Positions 1 to 14,330 of a stretch of DNA of 64,000 nucleotides are shown here, piece by piece (the first letter of the stretch is position 1; each line of letters opens with the position of its first letter). Position numbers and translations under genes: made by a program. The DNA lies in assembly GCA_963514005.1 (NCBI GenBank), contig OY740796.1, positions 15,438,001 through 15,502,000 of the forward strand, read 5' to 3'. The stretch is from Raja brachyura (Eukaryota). Under the pieces are notes generated by a model that worked only from the letters and a program-made list of their open reading frames with translations, did not search any database and was not told where the DNA came from.

Positions 1-410
1 ATTTTTATTGTTGTGCAGGGTGGTTGAAGAATCTGATAGTTAATGGTTAGAAACTATTCTTGACCTGGAGGTAACGTTACTCAGGTTTTTGTACCATCTT
101 CCAATGGTAGTAATGAGAAGAAAGCTTGGCCAGGGTAGTGTTGGTCTTTAATGATATTAGCCATCCTTTTGAGGCAGCACATCCTATAGATTCCTTTGAT
201 GGTAGGGAGGTCCATACCTGTGAGGGAATAACAATGTTCACCACAAACTGCAATGATCCTCATTCTTGAGCATTCGAATTATCGATAAATCCAATAAATA
301 TTCTCTCCATTGTACACCTGTAGAATTTCGATAGAGTATTCGGCGACATTCTGAATCTCCTCAAACTTCTGAGGAATGGAGGGATATAAAGCATGTACAA
401 GTAGAGGAGA
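1..410 (-). mobile_element. Rex1/Babar-type LINE 3' fragment
   Basis: Minus-strand peptide FLRSLRRFRMSPNTLSKFYRCTMERI matches the Rex1 RT C-terminus also seen at about 54.5 kb. Confidence 0.7.
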
Positions 411-3400
411 TTAGTTGAACGGCAGCATGTTTGGTGAAGCGCCTGTTCCCGTTTAAAGGTGAAGAATTGAGGAAAGATGTGCAATTTCTAAGCTTTTGGT
501 ACAAGGAGAAAACATTGGTGGTAGAAGTGAGTTTGAGAACTTGCTTTCAAAGTACTAAAGTGCTAGTAAGAATGAATGTATTGTATGGTGCATATATAAC
601 TTCAGTCCGTATCAGTGGCAATGAGATAATAGTAATAGAAATATGTCATAGTGTGCGGAAACAGGCCTTTTTACTTGATAGGTATTTGGGTAGGAAAGTA
701 GTAGAGGGACATAATTCTTGAAACTGAAGGGTATTGGATCTGAAACATTCATTAATTTGCCAGAGATCTGCTGAATGTTGCCAGCATTTCTGATTTAATT
801 TCAGTTATCCAGTGTCTGCAGTAGTTTTGATTTCTATAATTCTTGAACTTTGAATCACTTAATCCTGAGTTGGGAATGTAGCTATGTCAGTTTGCTATTC
901 GGTTAGTGAACTGCTCAGATTGATACTCTGTTCCAAACTGATCAGCTCTTTAACATGCAGACCTAATTACCTGTGCAGTAGGACTCAGCAAAGTATACAT
1001 ACGAAAGTTAATCATTCTGAACAATTGCTCTTGATGCTCTCATAAATGTATTGGTAAATGTTTCCTGTCATGAGTCATTTATTAATTTTATAGGCATGAA
1101 TGATTAAATACTTATAGAAAGGAGACACTTGTATTGTGTGTTGTAAGTGCCCCCGGTGAACTGGAGCATCCAAACAGTTGCTTGAAATGGCAGAGAGACC
1201 ATATTGCTCAAACCAAGTAATGCTGCAATATATCAGATACATATTATTCAAAAAGATACAAAAGATTTGGAAATAGAAATAAAACAATATTTGGCAACTT
1301 GAATAACGGTTTGAAATACTTTAGTTTAGATTCCATGAAATATTTTTTCCGAACAAAAATGTTGAGTATAAATGCAATTGACAACATCACTTGCAGTTAA
1401 TTTTCTTATCTTGGTGCAGATATAATATATCCTTGGTTTCATAGATACTCAGTTTGGTTGAATCTGAAATTATTAACAAGCCAATTCTATACATACATCA
1501 GTGCATTAATAACGCATTGATGGCTGTGCAACCTTGCTCCTTTTAGGTCAACTTAATACAAGTAGAATGCGTTGTCATATTTTGAATTGCCACCTGTTTA
1601 ATTACAATGACTAAACTCATTTGAATTTTATACAGGATTTATTTACATTTGTAGAGACCCAAGAGTCTAGCTGCTTGCTCGCTGACCTGATTTGCTCCCA
1701 AAATAGAATCCAAGTACTGTCAATGGTATGCTGTACGTTTGAGACTGTATAGTCCTGCTTGCACTTTGGGGATTGGCCTACATTTGTCCCACTATGCAAC
1801 AGAATGCTGGTTTACGGATTTAGGGCTATTGTTCTGTACTATGCTAACAGTAAATAATATCAGCAATTCCTGTTAATTAAATTATAACTTTTTCATACAT
1901 TTTTATTACAATTAAGGGAAAATTTGAATCGAAGCAAATTACTGTTAGTTTTATAACAATTAACTTTCTAAATGACCGCTTATTCCTTTATTTTCCTGCC
2001 CAGTATCCATTTTGGAATTTCAGCCAGATCTCTTCCTCCCAATTCTGCGCTTATCTTGTATAACCTTGTGGAGTATTATATTAAATTGTCATTAAATGTA
2101 ATTTAAATACATTCCAACCATTGGTTTCCCTACATCCATTCAGCTCAACTCACTCTAGCTCTAGATTTGTGAAATATGATTTCAATACATCTCTATAACC
2201 TTGCTCAATCCCATTTCCTATCCTTCCTTCAGCACGGTCATGTTAACCTTTTGTACTCCATAATCCTTGTCCCTCTGTGCCAGCAATTGAACATTTAACC
2301 GTGGGCAGAACAAACTGGCTGGAATTTTTTTTTCCTCTGAATCACTGTAAAAGTTCACTTCAATCCATTTCTTGGCCTGAGTTGTGGTTACTCATTTTAA
2401 TTGCTCCTGGCTCAACATTTGTTTCCTGTTCATCGTCTGACAAGTGTATGAGGCTTATTTGCTCTCAAAGATATTATATAAAATACATTATTGGTAGAAA
2501 ATTGACAAAATTGAGACCAAAAATATATTAAAAAGAAATAAAACTATTATCGAGTTCAAATGAGCATTTCAAAAATCTGCAAGGACTCATCTTGCAGTGT
2601 TATTTTTCAAGCCCCAATGGATTTGGCTTTGTGGCTATTAAAATAAATGTTCTGTCTGTAGATACCCTTGCATCCAAGTTGTGTACTTTAAATTACGTTT
2701 ATCCATTTTTCTGCACTTTGTATTACAAATCAAATTATTAAATAATTGATATCCTTGGCAGAAAATTGACAAGTGTTAGCTGTTCAGGAAAAAAGAAAAT
2801 GTGGGGATTTTTAAATCTCATTGCTCTAGCAAATATTATTGGTTGCAGGAAATCTTTGTACATTTTCCACTTGATGAGTGCAGGGTAGTGACCTGTTCCA
2901 TAAACCAATCACTTAATCTTTACTGTAAATGTCAGTAGAACTAGTCTATTATGAAGGCAGATAGCAGGTTATAGTTTGAGCGACTGGAATGACCTGGTGA
3001 TTGAACCCCAATGTCATAGTGTGAATATTGATGGAGAATAGATCTGCTCCAAGACATTTTGCTGTATGACTCCACCGAGCCTACTTGGCTATCAGAATAT
3101 TGACTGTATTTTTCCACTGTGAGTTAAGATTATAGGAGATGTATCTTTAGGCAGATATTGTACTTGTTGCTTGCATTGTAACAGTCTTCTTTAAAGGCTG
3201 AATGAAATGAATGTAAATTTGATTTTCAATTCCACATGAAGAGGACAGAAATTTGCAATTTGCACCACCAAATAACATTTGGGTGCCCAAAGCACAGATT
3301 TAGCTTCTCAATGGCAATAAATAAAATACAGTAACTTGTTGTCTACCTTTGTTAGGTTAGACAATTTGTAAAAGCGCATCCTTGCTAGAAGTCATAATCT

Positions 3401-3788
3401 GATTGACATGGATCCTCCATGTTTGCACCAACCTTCATATCTTTGCATTATTGTTAGCACACTTACGCATTCGCATTTCTACTCAAAACCTGTAGGAATA
3501 GTCTAGTAAAACAAAGGAATTGTTTCCTGATGCATCAATTCAAAAAACGTAATTGTAAATGGAAAGGCAGTGCATTTCTGACAGTGACAAGTTGTTATGT
3601 GTCACAACAATATTTCTAACAACTTCAGGATTGACAAATTTAAGCATCCATTTGTTAAGAATAGATCTGAAGAAAATATATATTTCCAGCAGCCACTTTG
3701 AAACTCATTTTGAATATTCTCAGTCAGGTTAAGTCAATTTCTACTATTAGGATACTATTGTTTTGAATGTATTTTGGCTTGCTTGATA

Positions 3789-3832
3789 TTGTGGAACAAT
3801 ATGGAAGGTTGTGGAACAATATGGAAGGTTGT
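3789..3832. repeat. Perfect 20-bp tandem duplication
   Basis: (TTGTGGAACAATATGGAAGG)x2 + TTGT. Confidence 0.9.
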
Positions 3833-4379
3833 ATAAAATAAATTCCTTGTTACTCGTTGAAACATTTTTCTGAGAGATCAATTTTAGCGCGGCTGCTTGG
3901 ACTGTCAGTGTAGGAGCTTCAATACTTCCTTTTTAAGTAATGATATTTTAAACTTTTTTTCTTTTTGAAAGCAACTCCAAAGCAGTGAAATGCCCATCTC
4001 ACCTTCCAGTCAATGTTAATAGCTTTGCCTGCGATCATTTGGGATTGTATAATGTAAATGTGCTCACAATTAGAAGCAGACCAGAAAATGAAGGGATGCA
4101 TTATTTAAATCAAAGTGCAATGCACGTTTTTATTGAAGGTATCCGTTTGGCTCACACTGCAGTGGAAATGCAAGTATTTACAAGCGTTTGGCAGGAATTT
4201 GTTTTAACCTGCATATACCTTTCCTGTTGAATTTCTCGCATTGCCCTTTACTGATGTCTATAACAAACTGTTTCACTGGATTCATAAGGCAGATTTACAT
4301 TCAGGAGTTTTCTGTGAATTAGTTTTTTACTGGATGATTGAAGGAAAGTAAAAAATAATGTCACACATTCATATGTTGG

Positions 4380-5160
4380 TGACGCTGCAAGTCGGCTGCC
4401 CTGCCAGCAGCATGTTTGTTATTTTGACTTTTTTTGTTTTTTTTGGTGTGTCCAAATGTTAGTTTAGGTGGTTCTTTGTATGTCTTGTGTAGGGGGTGGT
4501 GGGGGGGAGAAAGGGGAAACCGATTTTGGTCACCTCCTCGACGGAGAGGGGACTTTTTCCATGTCGCCTCCCTCGCGGCTAACAGTATGGATTGGAGCGG
4601 CCTTTCCCGGAGTCGGGCCCGGAGCTTCAGCAGCGGGCGCAGCGTGGACTTTTCCATCGTGGAGCGGGCGAACCCTTACCGGGGGTCGCCAGAGAGGAGT
4701 GCTCCGATCGCTGGCCTGGTAACTTTGACATCATGGGGCTGTGGTCTGCGGAGCTTCTAGCCGTAGACGTGGAGAGGGCTTACCATCTGGAGTCTGGCAT
4801 CCCTTTCCGGGGATCACCATAGAAGAGCTCCGACTGCCGGCCTGCGGCCTATAACATCGTGAAGTCGCGGTCTCCCTTATGGAAGTTCCAATTCGGGCAC
4901 TCCAAGCCATGGAGTATGTTTGACCATCCCGACGTCGGGAGTATTGATCATCCCGACGAGAGGGCCTGTACATCCGGCCGTCCATAGCAGCGACTACGGA
5001 GGGTTTATGGCCTCGACCACGGATGAACAAAGGAGGAGGACTGACTGAGCTTTGTTGCCTTCTACTACAGTGAAGAATGTTTGTGTTAAATTCTATTGTG
5101 TATTGTGTGTTCTTTATTTAAGTGTATCGCTGCTGGCACATTCATTTCACAATTCCTTCG
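4380..5160 (+). repeat. CpG-rich unclassified interspersed element, probably a non-autonomous retroposon
   Basis: Abrupt GC/CpG-rich block in an AT-rich intron. Internal repeated modules (ACATCGTGGAGC-like; GAGTAT..TGAYCATCCCGACG x2). No credible ORF. Confidence 0.5.
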
Positions 5161-5190
5161 TATTCACGGCTCAAATTTAAGTGTCATAGC

Positions 5191-5403
5191 CAAGGGTCTG
5201 AATACTTATGTAAATGTAATATTTCAGTTATTTCTTTTTAATTACTTTGCAAAAAATTCTAAACAGCTGTTTTCGCTTCTTCATTCTGGGGCATTGTGTG
5301 TAGATTGATGATAAAAACAAATAATTTAATCCATTTTAAAATAAGGCTGCAACGTAACAAAATGTGGAAAAAGTGAAGGTTTGAATACTTTCTGAATGCA
5401 CTG
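5191..5403 (+). mobile_element. Solo right-hand TIR of a Tc1-family DNA transposon
   Basis: Ends ...TGAATACTTTCTGAATGCACTG|TA, with inner direct repeat GGGTCTGAATACTT. Similar to, but distinct from, the TIR of the 43.8-kb Tc1. Confidence 0.8.
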
Positions 5404-6387
5404 TAAACAGCGCACTTGGATTGTTGGGTTGTATGTGGGTGTTGAGGCAGAAGCAATAATATGAAAGCGATTTAGGCGAGTTAGAAAAATTGCATAAAGA
5501 GAAAGAATATAAGCCATGAAGTGGGTTTATCATGAATTATTTTTATTGTATAAATGGGCATATCACAAATATGTTGGACTGAATTACCACTGAACAAGTT
5601 GGATGTGTCAATGAACTGGTTCTTTGCTAAATTGCTTTGCCTATAAGATAGACAATTTTGGGTATAAGTAGTAAAGTATAACTATTTGCTAGCAGTAAGA
5701 GCTGCATTGAAAAATACATTATATTGAACTGCCGTTATTTTGAGTAAGCCAGTTCTTTTTCTTCATTTGTGCCAGTGACTGGTAACATATTTCAACAAGT
5801 GCAAAGCCTACAATATGCAGCTGATTAAAAGAAATATGAACTTTTGCAATAGCAGTCTGCCTTTTTTAAATGACACCACTGCAGTAATTTAGGTCATTGT
5901 AAATTGTGGCTGCTGTGGGCAATCTAAGTGTTTGATTACCCAGTGATTTTTGTGGCACATTTTTAAGATTTTCTTATGCTTCGCTTCGCTCCTTTCTGTC
6001 GCGGTTGTAAAATAGCACGCCACTTGAAATACTTAAATTAAGAACAAAAATAAGATCATGATACAGCCAGAAATCTAACTAAGTAGCATCTGTAGCAGTG
6101 TGTCTTTAACATAAGTATAGGTTTGTGCCAGTAAGAGGAACTGCACCCTCTAATTAAATTCACTGAGCCTTAAAATATTTGACACTTGGTGGTGGTTGAA
6201 CAATTTGTCAAAATGCATGTAGCAGTTCTTTTTAAAGAAAATTGTTATTCTAATCTCCTCCTAATGTTTCCAGGGCCATAATTGTTCAGTTGTCTCCTCC
6301 AACAGCTAGGGGAGGAAAGAGAATTTGCCATTGAGGATTCTCAATGTTATTTTTCTTTTACAAAAGCTTAAATTGGATTATAATTTA

Positions 6388-7425
6388 CCGTATTTCCCGG
6401 CAATGAAGACGCTATTTATTTACCCAAAAATAAGGCACGAAAATTTACCTGCATCTTGGAGGCCGAAGGTTAGGTTGTTAGCCAAGAAAGATAGACTTGG
6501 CTATCCCTCAAGAATTATGTTGCTGTACTGAGGGAAGCAGCTGTGAAAGGACAGCGCAGTGTGTGGGTGGGTGGGGGGGGGGGGGGGGGGGGAAGAAGGG
6601 GAGAAGAGTACCTTTCACAGAGTGTGGGGAGTCTGGCCCGGGTCAGCACGGGCAGGAATGTTGAGAAGGAGGGGGTCGGGGATCTTGCCAATAACTCACT
6701 CACTCACCGCTCTATGATATTTGCTCTTGAAAGACACAGACCGGGCAGTGATTGCCATGCAGTGACACCTAGCGCAGCAAGTGAGGCCATGTCCTGCTCC
6801 CGGCGGCAGTTGGAATTTAAGGATTTGCGGGAAGCGGTTGACATGAGTGAGGCCGGTGAGCGGCAGGAGAGAGGTGTACAGATGGAGAGCACTGCCAGAT
6901 GTGAAAGGGCTGGCAGAAGGCACTGAGGTGGCAGCCGGTTCCGCTGTCCAGCCGCTTGGAGCCACCTGAGCTACTTCCCTCCCCGGCCACAATGCGGTGG
7001 TTCCGCACTCGGAATGCCGCGGCAGCGGTGAATCAGTGAGTTGCTGGCATGATCCCCGACCCCCTCCTCAACGCTCCTGCCCCGCTGACCCAGGCCAGAC
7101 TCCCCCTCACACCGTGGAAGGAACACTCCCCCCAATTGGTCCCTTGAACTAGTATTATCATTCAATAAGATCACAACTGATTCAACTTGTCCTAGTGTGC
7201 TCCCGTTTTTCCAACCATCTCTTCACCTGCCCTCACCCTCCACCCCACACCCATTTAGTCATTCAGAATGGAGGAGATCTGGAAGCCTTGGAAAAAATGA
7301 ATGACTTTTTTTATTTTTTTTGAGCGTGAGAAATTCTATGTCCCGCCAGCCTTTTTTCAAATTCAGCAACTCAAAATGGGGGTGCGTCTTCGATGCAGGT
7401 GCGCCTTCATTGCCGGGAAATATGG
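6388..7425. mobile_element. Non-autonomous Tc1/mariner-superfamily (Tc2/pogo-type) DNA element
   Basis: TA|CCGTATTTCCCGGCAATGAAGACGC ... GCGCCTTCATTGCCGGGAAATATGG|TA: 25-bp TIRs with 2 mismatches, TA TSD, no transposase. Confidence 0.88.
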
Positions 7426-9080
7426 TAATTGTTGTAGAATTCCAACTTGTAATTTTGTTTTGAATACGTTTGTTATGGTTTGTTATGCTATGAATCGATG
7501 AGAATCAGGAGAGGTGACCGGTGGTTAATAAGCTTTAAAAAAAATTATATTTACTATGAAATGGACTTTAACAGTAATCTTCAGGAGTTTAAACACACGA
7601 TTTGCTTGTCGAAATGCATGTCTATATCGCAGCATAGTAACGAACTGGACCATTGTGGAGTCTTTTAGATTCTGTGGATGTTGTATGAGAATAATCATTT
7701 GATTCTCGAATGTGGGTTTCAAATTTATTCTTTGTATGTAATGGGAATTTTGAAGTAGACGAAAAAATATTTCTCATACGCCACTCAATTTTGATTTGTC
7801 ACGGGGAACATATTGGTTGACAAAATCTGAATCCATATTTGAGTGGAAGAGCAACAATCGAGTTATCATTTAAGGTGTTTTTAAATTCATTATTCTCCAT
7901 AATAATTAGCTTTGTGATCTCAACTGTGCTCTAATGGGAAATGAAAGCAAAGCATTCTCGAAAGAGGGGGAAAACTGATCAGTAGCCCCAGGTAATTGCA
8001 TTATCCGGTTTTAAGCAAGCATCATCAGGGACCTGAGAGAGAAGCTCCAGATCATTCTCCCTTATGTGTGATAAGACTTGTGCGGGGCACTAAGGAAGGA
8101 ATAATAATGTATCTTGGCTTTTTTAAAAACTCTATTGAAGCCAGTGGATGTCCCTATTAAAATAAAAAAGATGGACATCAAATGTTGTTTATTTTAATTA
8201 ATAGGACTGAAATTAATTTTGAACCTTTTGGCGCCTGCTTGACTAAGTATCTTTAGTCTTTGCATTGTAAATATTTGAATTACCTTGATTTTCAGAAAAT
8301 GCTTTGAATCTCCAGATTTTAACAAAGGAGTTATTGATCCCAAAATCATTTATAAGAACTTTATATGTATGATGCTGTGAATATATGCAAACAACCATAT
8401 TTGTTCTGAGAGCTTTGGTTTGGTTTGAGTTCCACTCATTCAAATAAAAATCAATATAGTTTTGACCTGATACCCATTCAGATTGCTTCTTTTCTGTATG
8501 TATTGGAAGGAATCAATACCTTCCTGCATTCTGATTTAGATGAATTAAATCTTGAATACAATGCAATCAAATGGTGACATGTTAATTCCACGGAGACATA
8601 CAAAATCTAAATATTTGCATTGAGCATGTTGGGCAACATCTGTTGACTGATTAAAGATTATTGATCTGAAACATGAATCCCGTTTCCCCACCCTCCATCT
8701 AGATGCTGCCTGCCCAAATACATTTTTAGCATTTTCTGTTTTTATTTAAAATCTTCATCTTCCTTCCATTTTCCATCTTGTGAAATTGTTCCTTGTGAAG
8801 ATTATCTTAAGTAAGCTTTGCACTTTTAGTTTGCATCACCCACTGTCATCGCAATCTGACAGTAATAAAATCTTTATTATTATCTTACAGTAATAATGAT
8901 CTTGCAGATCGTAGCTAGTTTGGTCAATAGTGGAACCTAGCTGTTAGTGAAATACACTGTGCCTTGCAGCTATTGTATTCAACTATATTGAACACTATTT
9001 TGAAGAAGCACTGAAGGAGGTTCTCTTTCTGATGTTTGATTTGGTGCCATTGGACTTCATGGAGTCCAGAGTTTTAGTTG

Positions 9081-9260
9081 AGGATTTGCAAATCCTTTCT
9101 CTCCCAATTAGAATCCCATGGCCTAACTCCATGTATAGAAGTTGGGCTAGATGGGAGATTACTCCCAACAAAATATTGGAATTTTGGACAAGCCAGATTG
9201 TGGCCTGCCAACCCACCTGTTTCAGTAGAAATGCCACATTTTCACATTGATATTTGGGTT
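9081..9260 (+). repeat. Unclassified old repeat, copy A
   Basis: Aligns by eye to 13961-14150 (GGATTT.CAAATCCT...CATGTAT...GGAGATT.CTCCCAACAA.ATATTG.AATTT). Confidence 0.65.
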
Positions 9261-11639
9261 GAGTGTGGGGGAAACTTCAAGTGCTCTGGTTCACGTTAAC
9301 TTCAGAACAATGGTGGCCAGGCCCTTGTTTTACATCTAAGCTGATTGTGTTCCTGATGATCACTGTGCTACTCTGAGGGCTATCTTGAGGTGGAGCAGAA
9401 TACAAGGATATTCATGCAAAAGTATTAGATCAAAACAATAAATATATTTTTTTTATTATCTGGCTCAGTAAGCAGTAAAATATTTCCAACAGTTTATTTT
9501 GGTGTTCAATGTTCAAACATGTATGAGCAATCAAATCAAATTGCTAGTTTGTGTACAGATATGACTAATTGATGAGCAAACTAAAGGTATCTAAAGGTAG
9601 ATAAGAGAATGTTTGATAGAATCTGCTACATGTCCAAATGGTGTGTTGCTTTCTCTGAAGATAATTTTATTCACATAATTATCTAATTGAAAAATTATCA
9701 CTGAAATGCAAAAATCATGTCCTCACCTTAATACTTACAGAACCATTCTGACAAGAGTGTGCTTCTGCAACCATGTGTAATTTGCAGAGCTAAAGGCTAC
9801 ACAGTCGCATTTGTTTTTAAATTGATGCTTTTATTAAAAAGTAAATCTTGCTTAAAGGCGATGCAATCAAATAAGGCATTGTGTCTGTGCAGCCTTTACA
9901 GCAGGAACTGTAATAATTCATGATCAATGTTCACCAGTTTGTGAGTGACACAAAGTCAAATATAAGTTCCTCTACCTTCTCCTTTAGCAAACTGTCTATG
10001 ATATAATCAGCTAAATTGTCACTGGAATGTCCAGATATCCATCCCATACCTCTCCAAGTTAAACACTCAGAAGCATCAAACACGATGTAGGCAGTAGGGA
10101 GTCCAGTTTGTATTGTGCCTGGAAATAACTTGCAGACATATCGAGATTAACTGCTCCAGGGAGAGACAAGCGGACAGAATCTTGGTGTAAATGTAATATG
10201 ACCAGGAATTGCCTTTAGTGTTCCTGTTTCATTATTGTCACCTCATTGGAAAAAACCTGCTTATGCAGTGAACAGTTTCCTTTACACTTCTGGTAAAGAT
10301 AGACCAATAAAGCAAGAGCAATTTCATGAAATGCAAAGTATCATGTCTCTGGTATTGTGATTGTTTCTTGTCTCCCTCTCATTCTTAGTCAATATAATCT
10401 AATGGCGGCCATCACTTCTGGAACTATTTATCACCCCAACTAGTATATAAAAGACATTTCCCTAGGATGTCACCGGGATTGAGATGTGTTTCTCCTTTCC
10501 TTCAATGCAGCTACACAACATTAACACAAAAGCAATGAACACGGTTCCTTTATTAAAATGCCTCCAAAATGCCGTACCAATCAATACAATGGCAATGTAT
10601 GTTACTTAAAAAGTAGTGTTCTCTGTTTATTACATGCCGATTTTACATATTGGAAACTACTCCTCATTTGTTCTAAATGAGATTATTTTGCGATTATTGT
10701 TCAATATCAAGTCTTGAGTTAATCATGATGCCCTTCAGCCAAAAGTCAAGCTGAAGCTTTCATTTATAGAACTTGAATATCGTCCATCCCAGGACAATGA
10801 CTCCAATCCTCTCCCTGACTATTCAATCAAATTAAATAGCAATGTTGAAAAGTACCCCAGCTGCTGAAATTCATAGCTAACATATGGTAATTAATGTCAC
10901 AGCTGTGTGAAGCCTTGAACAATTACGCCCACTGTTGTAAATAAAGTTACTAATAAAGTTAATATAAACAAGGCATAACGATTTTATTCTGTTAATGTGC
11001 AAATCTGCAAAGTTTGTGATTGCCTGAAGCAATTCCGTTGAGACCCTACAGAGAGTTTAAGTACAGAATGTTTCATTATATGTCTGAAGACTTGTAAATT
11101 ATTAAGTCTCTAAGACTGTAACTTTATTTTATGGGCTGTATTGAACACCGTATATCACGAGCATCTATTTACTGTGGTTGTTCTGCTGCTAGATTATCAT
11201 TATAAATTAATCTTTTTGTTGACTCTGAAAAGCTCGCAGATCAAATGTTATTGAAGGACAAAGTAAAGTGTTGGCATTCTCTTTATCTTGGAGCTTATCA
11301 TTTGGTGTTGTTTGTGTCAGGAATGTGTGATATAATGCAGGCAGTTACCCAATGCATTAAGATATTTTTCCAAAGCATTCTTGTTTATTTCATCTATATT
11401 GTAATTTTTTTAGTCCCTCTACAAATTTCCATTGACATAAAGGATTGCAGTTCTTGGCTGCTTTTGTTGCACAATTTATAGTTCCATAGTTTTCATCGTA
11501 AATGATTCAGACAGTTAACATTCTTAAATGGGAATCCAGAAGTGTCTGATAGGCATATTAACAGTAAAAGGGTATTTCATGGCAGAGTGGTGCCTATTAA
11601 GGACAAAATGAAAACTTGTACTCCTAAGGTATCAAATAG

Positions 11640-13135
11640 GTACAGAGAACATTGAACTGTACAGCACAGGAACAGGCACTTTTTGGCCCACAATTTCAAT
11701 GGTGAACATGATGTCAGGTTAAATTAATCTCTTGCACATAATTCATATCCCTCCATTAGCTGCCCATCTAATAGCCTCGTATATGCCACTATTGTATATG
11801 CCTCCATCACCACTTCTGTTCGAGGCACCCACCACTCAATATGTTCAACTCCATTGAATTTTGCGCCGCTGTCCTTAAAGCTATGCTGCCTAGTCTTTGA
11901 CATTTCCACGCTGGTAAAAAGGTTCTGGTTGTCTACATATCTACGTCTCTCATAATTTTCTGTTTGTCCATCAGGTCTTTCCTCTGCCTCTGACACTTCA
12001 GGTTGTACAACCACGCTTTATAGCCAGTTCCCTCTAATCCAGTCAACGTTCTAGTAAACCTCCCCAGAGCCTCCACATCATCCCTGTAATGGGGAGACCA
12101 GAACTACACAATTAACCAAAGTCCTATAAATCTGCAACATGACTTCAACACTCTAATGCTCAGTACGCCAACTGATGAAGGCAAGAGCACCACACACTTT
12201 CTTTATCATTCAATCTACTTCTATTGCAATTTTCATGGTCTATGTTCTTGGACCCCAAGATCTTTCTGTACCTCAATTTTGTTAAGGGTTTTGTTATTGA
12301 TTATATATTTTGATTATATATTTTCCCTTAACACTTGATCTTCCAAAGTGTAACACCTTACAGTTGCTCAGATTAAATTCCATCTGCCATTTCTCTGCCC
12401 ACTTCTGTAATGAATCTTATGAACTGCTGTATACTTTGACATCCATGTTTATGTCCAAGTCATTTATATATATCTCACACCACAGAGGTGCCAGCACAGT
12501 TCCCTGCGGAACTCCACTGGTCACAGACCTCCAGTCAGAATAACACACTTCTACCACCTCCCTCTGTCTTTAATGAGTATGCATTTTCTAAATCCAAATA
12601 TCTAGGTCACCTTGTATCCCATGCATCTTACTCCTCTGGATCAGCCTACAGTGATGGACTTTATCAACTGTCTTACTAAATTCCGTGCCGATGACATCCA
12701 CCACCTTGCCCTCATCAATCATCTTTATCACCTCCTCAAAAAAAACTCAATCCAGTTCATATGACATGACCTGGTTCGCACAAAGCCATACTGACTGACC
12801 CTAATTAGCTAATTCTCTTCTAAATTAGAGTAAATCCTATCCTGATGAGTCTTCTCCAATAGCATCCTAACCACTGGAGTATCACTATTTTGCTTTTTAA
12901 ACAAGAAACAACATTGGCTACTCTCCTGTCCTCCAATACATTGTCTGTGGCTAGTTAAGATATATAGATCTTTGTCAAGGCCCCTGTAGTCTCCTCTTTT
13001 GTCCCTCTCAAAAAGTTGGGATAGATATCATTAGGTCCTGGGAATTCATCCAGCTTAATGTTCTTCAAGAGCCCCAACAGCACCACCTCTTTGATCTTAA
13101 ACTTCCCTAGTACATTCCCTGCTTTGATCTCACTG
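11640..13135 (-). mobile_element. CR1 LINE, decayed RT/3' region
   Basis: Minus-strand remnants such as LLKNIKLDEFPGPNDIYPNFLR..EETTGALTKI; typical CR1 3' tail at about 11650. Confidence 0.8.
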
Positions 13136-13249
13136 TTCTCCATTCTTCTTGATGAATACAGAAGACTAGAGAATGTTCTTTCCTTGCCCAAAGAAAGGCA
13201 GTAATAATAAACACAACAACTACATGTGAGATAATTTGACCTCGGTGTG

Positions 13250-14330
13250 GAGGAGCGTTTAGAATCATTCATTAGTGACGGAGCTTATAATTACCTGGAG
13301 GAAAATGGATTAAGGCATTTCAACATGTATTTGTTAAGGACAACTCATGCATTGCAATTTGATAGAACATTTTGATGAGGTAATGTAGTCAATGTGATGT
13401 ACATGGACTTCCAGAAGGCTTTTGTTAGATGCTGCTTAAACGGTTGATCAGCAAAGTTGAAGCATGGGATGAAGGGATGTTGACAGCACGGGTACTGAAT
13501 TGGCTCTATAATGGGTAGTATAGTGTCGTGGTGTTTGGTACTTTTCCTGATTGGATAAAGGTGAATAGTGGCATTCATTGGGGATTGCGGTTAGGACCTT
13601 TGCTTTTTTGATCTATAATGATGACCTAAACTTGGGAACAACTGAATTTACCCATGATGTAAACCCTAGTAGTGGTGTGAACTGCAAAGAGGCCAATGAT
13701 AAGTTGTGAGAGAATAGAAATACACTGGTAGAATGAATGGGCAGATGTGTAGAATACAAAGTTAATGCGGCGACATGTGAGGTAAAACAAGTGATGTAGG
13801 AGCAGAGAGACATGGGGTGAAGGTTCACAAGTCATTGAAAGTTGAAGAAATGGTTGAGAAGGCAATTAATAAGTAAATCTTAGCATTGAATGTAAATGTA
13901 GGACAGTCATGCCGATTCTTTCTATAACACTGGTCGGATCTCACTTTGAGTTCTTGTAGAGGATTTCCAAATCCTCACTCTCCTTTTTGAATTCCTTTGG
14001 CCCAACTACATGTATGGGACGGGCAGATTGGAGATTGCTCCCAACAAGATATTGCAATTTAAGACAAATAGCCCAAAAACCTGTTTCAATCAGGACGTCC
14101 TGGTCTCCGTTTCTGTGAACAATGCCACCCAGAATGCTATGTTCACATTAATAATGGGGATGGGCATGGCAGATATTGAGCGTCTTCTTACAGTAAAAAG
14201 TGGAGGCACTGGAGAGGGTACAGAGGAGATTTACAGGGATTATTGTTGGCATCAAGGTCTAAAAATTACAAGGTAAATTGAAGTCACTGTGACATTTTTC
14301 ACAAAGAAGAGATGGCTGAGGAGAGATAGT
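13250..14330 (+). mobile_element. Old CR1 RT fragments, interrupted by unclassified repeat copy B (13961-14150)
   Basis: DVMYMDFQKAF and GLRLGPLLFLIY-like motifs on the + strand. Confidence 0.65.

Noticed and set aside
4510-4590. Possible HDV-like ribozyme (CCTCCTCG ... CTAACAG)
   Set aside because: No P1' strand follows the putative P3, so the nested pseudoknot cannot be built.
4361-5030. Cluster of overlapping 76-108 aa ORFs
   Set aside because: By-product of a GC-rich repeat with few stop codons; no domain similarity or splice support.
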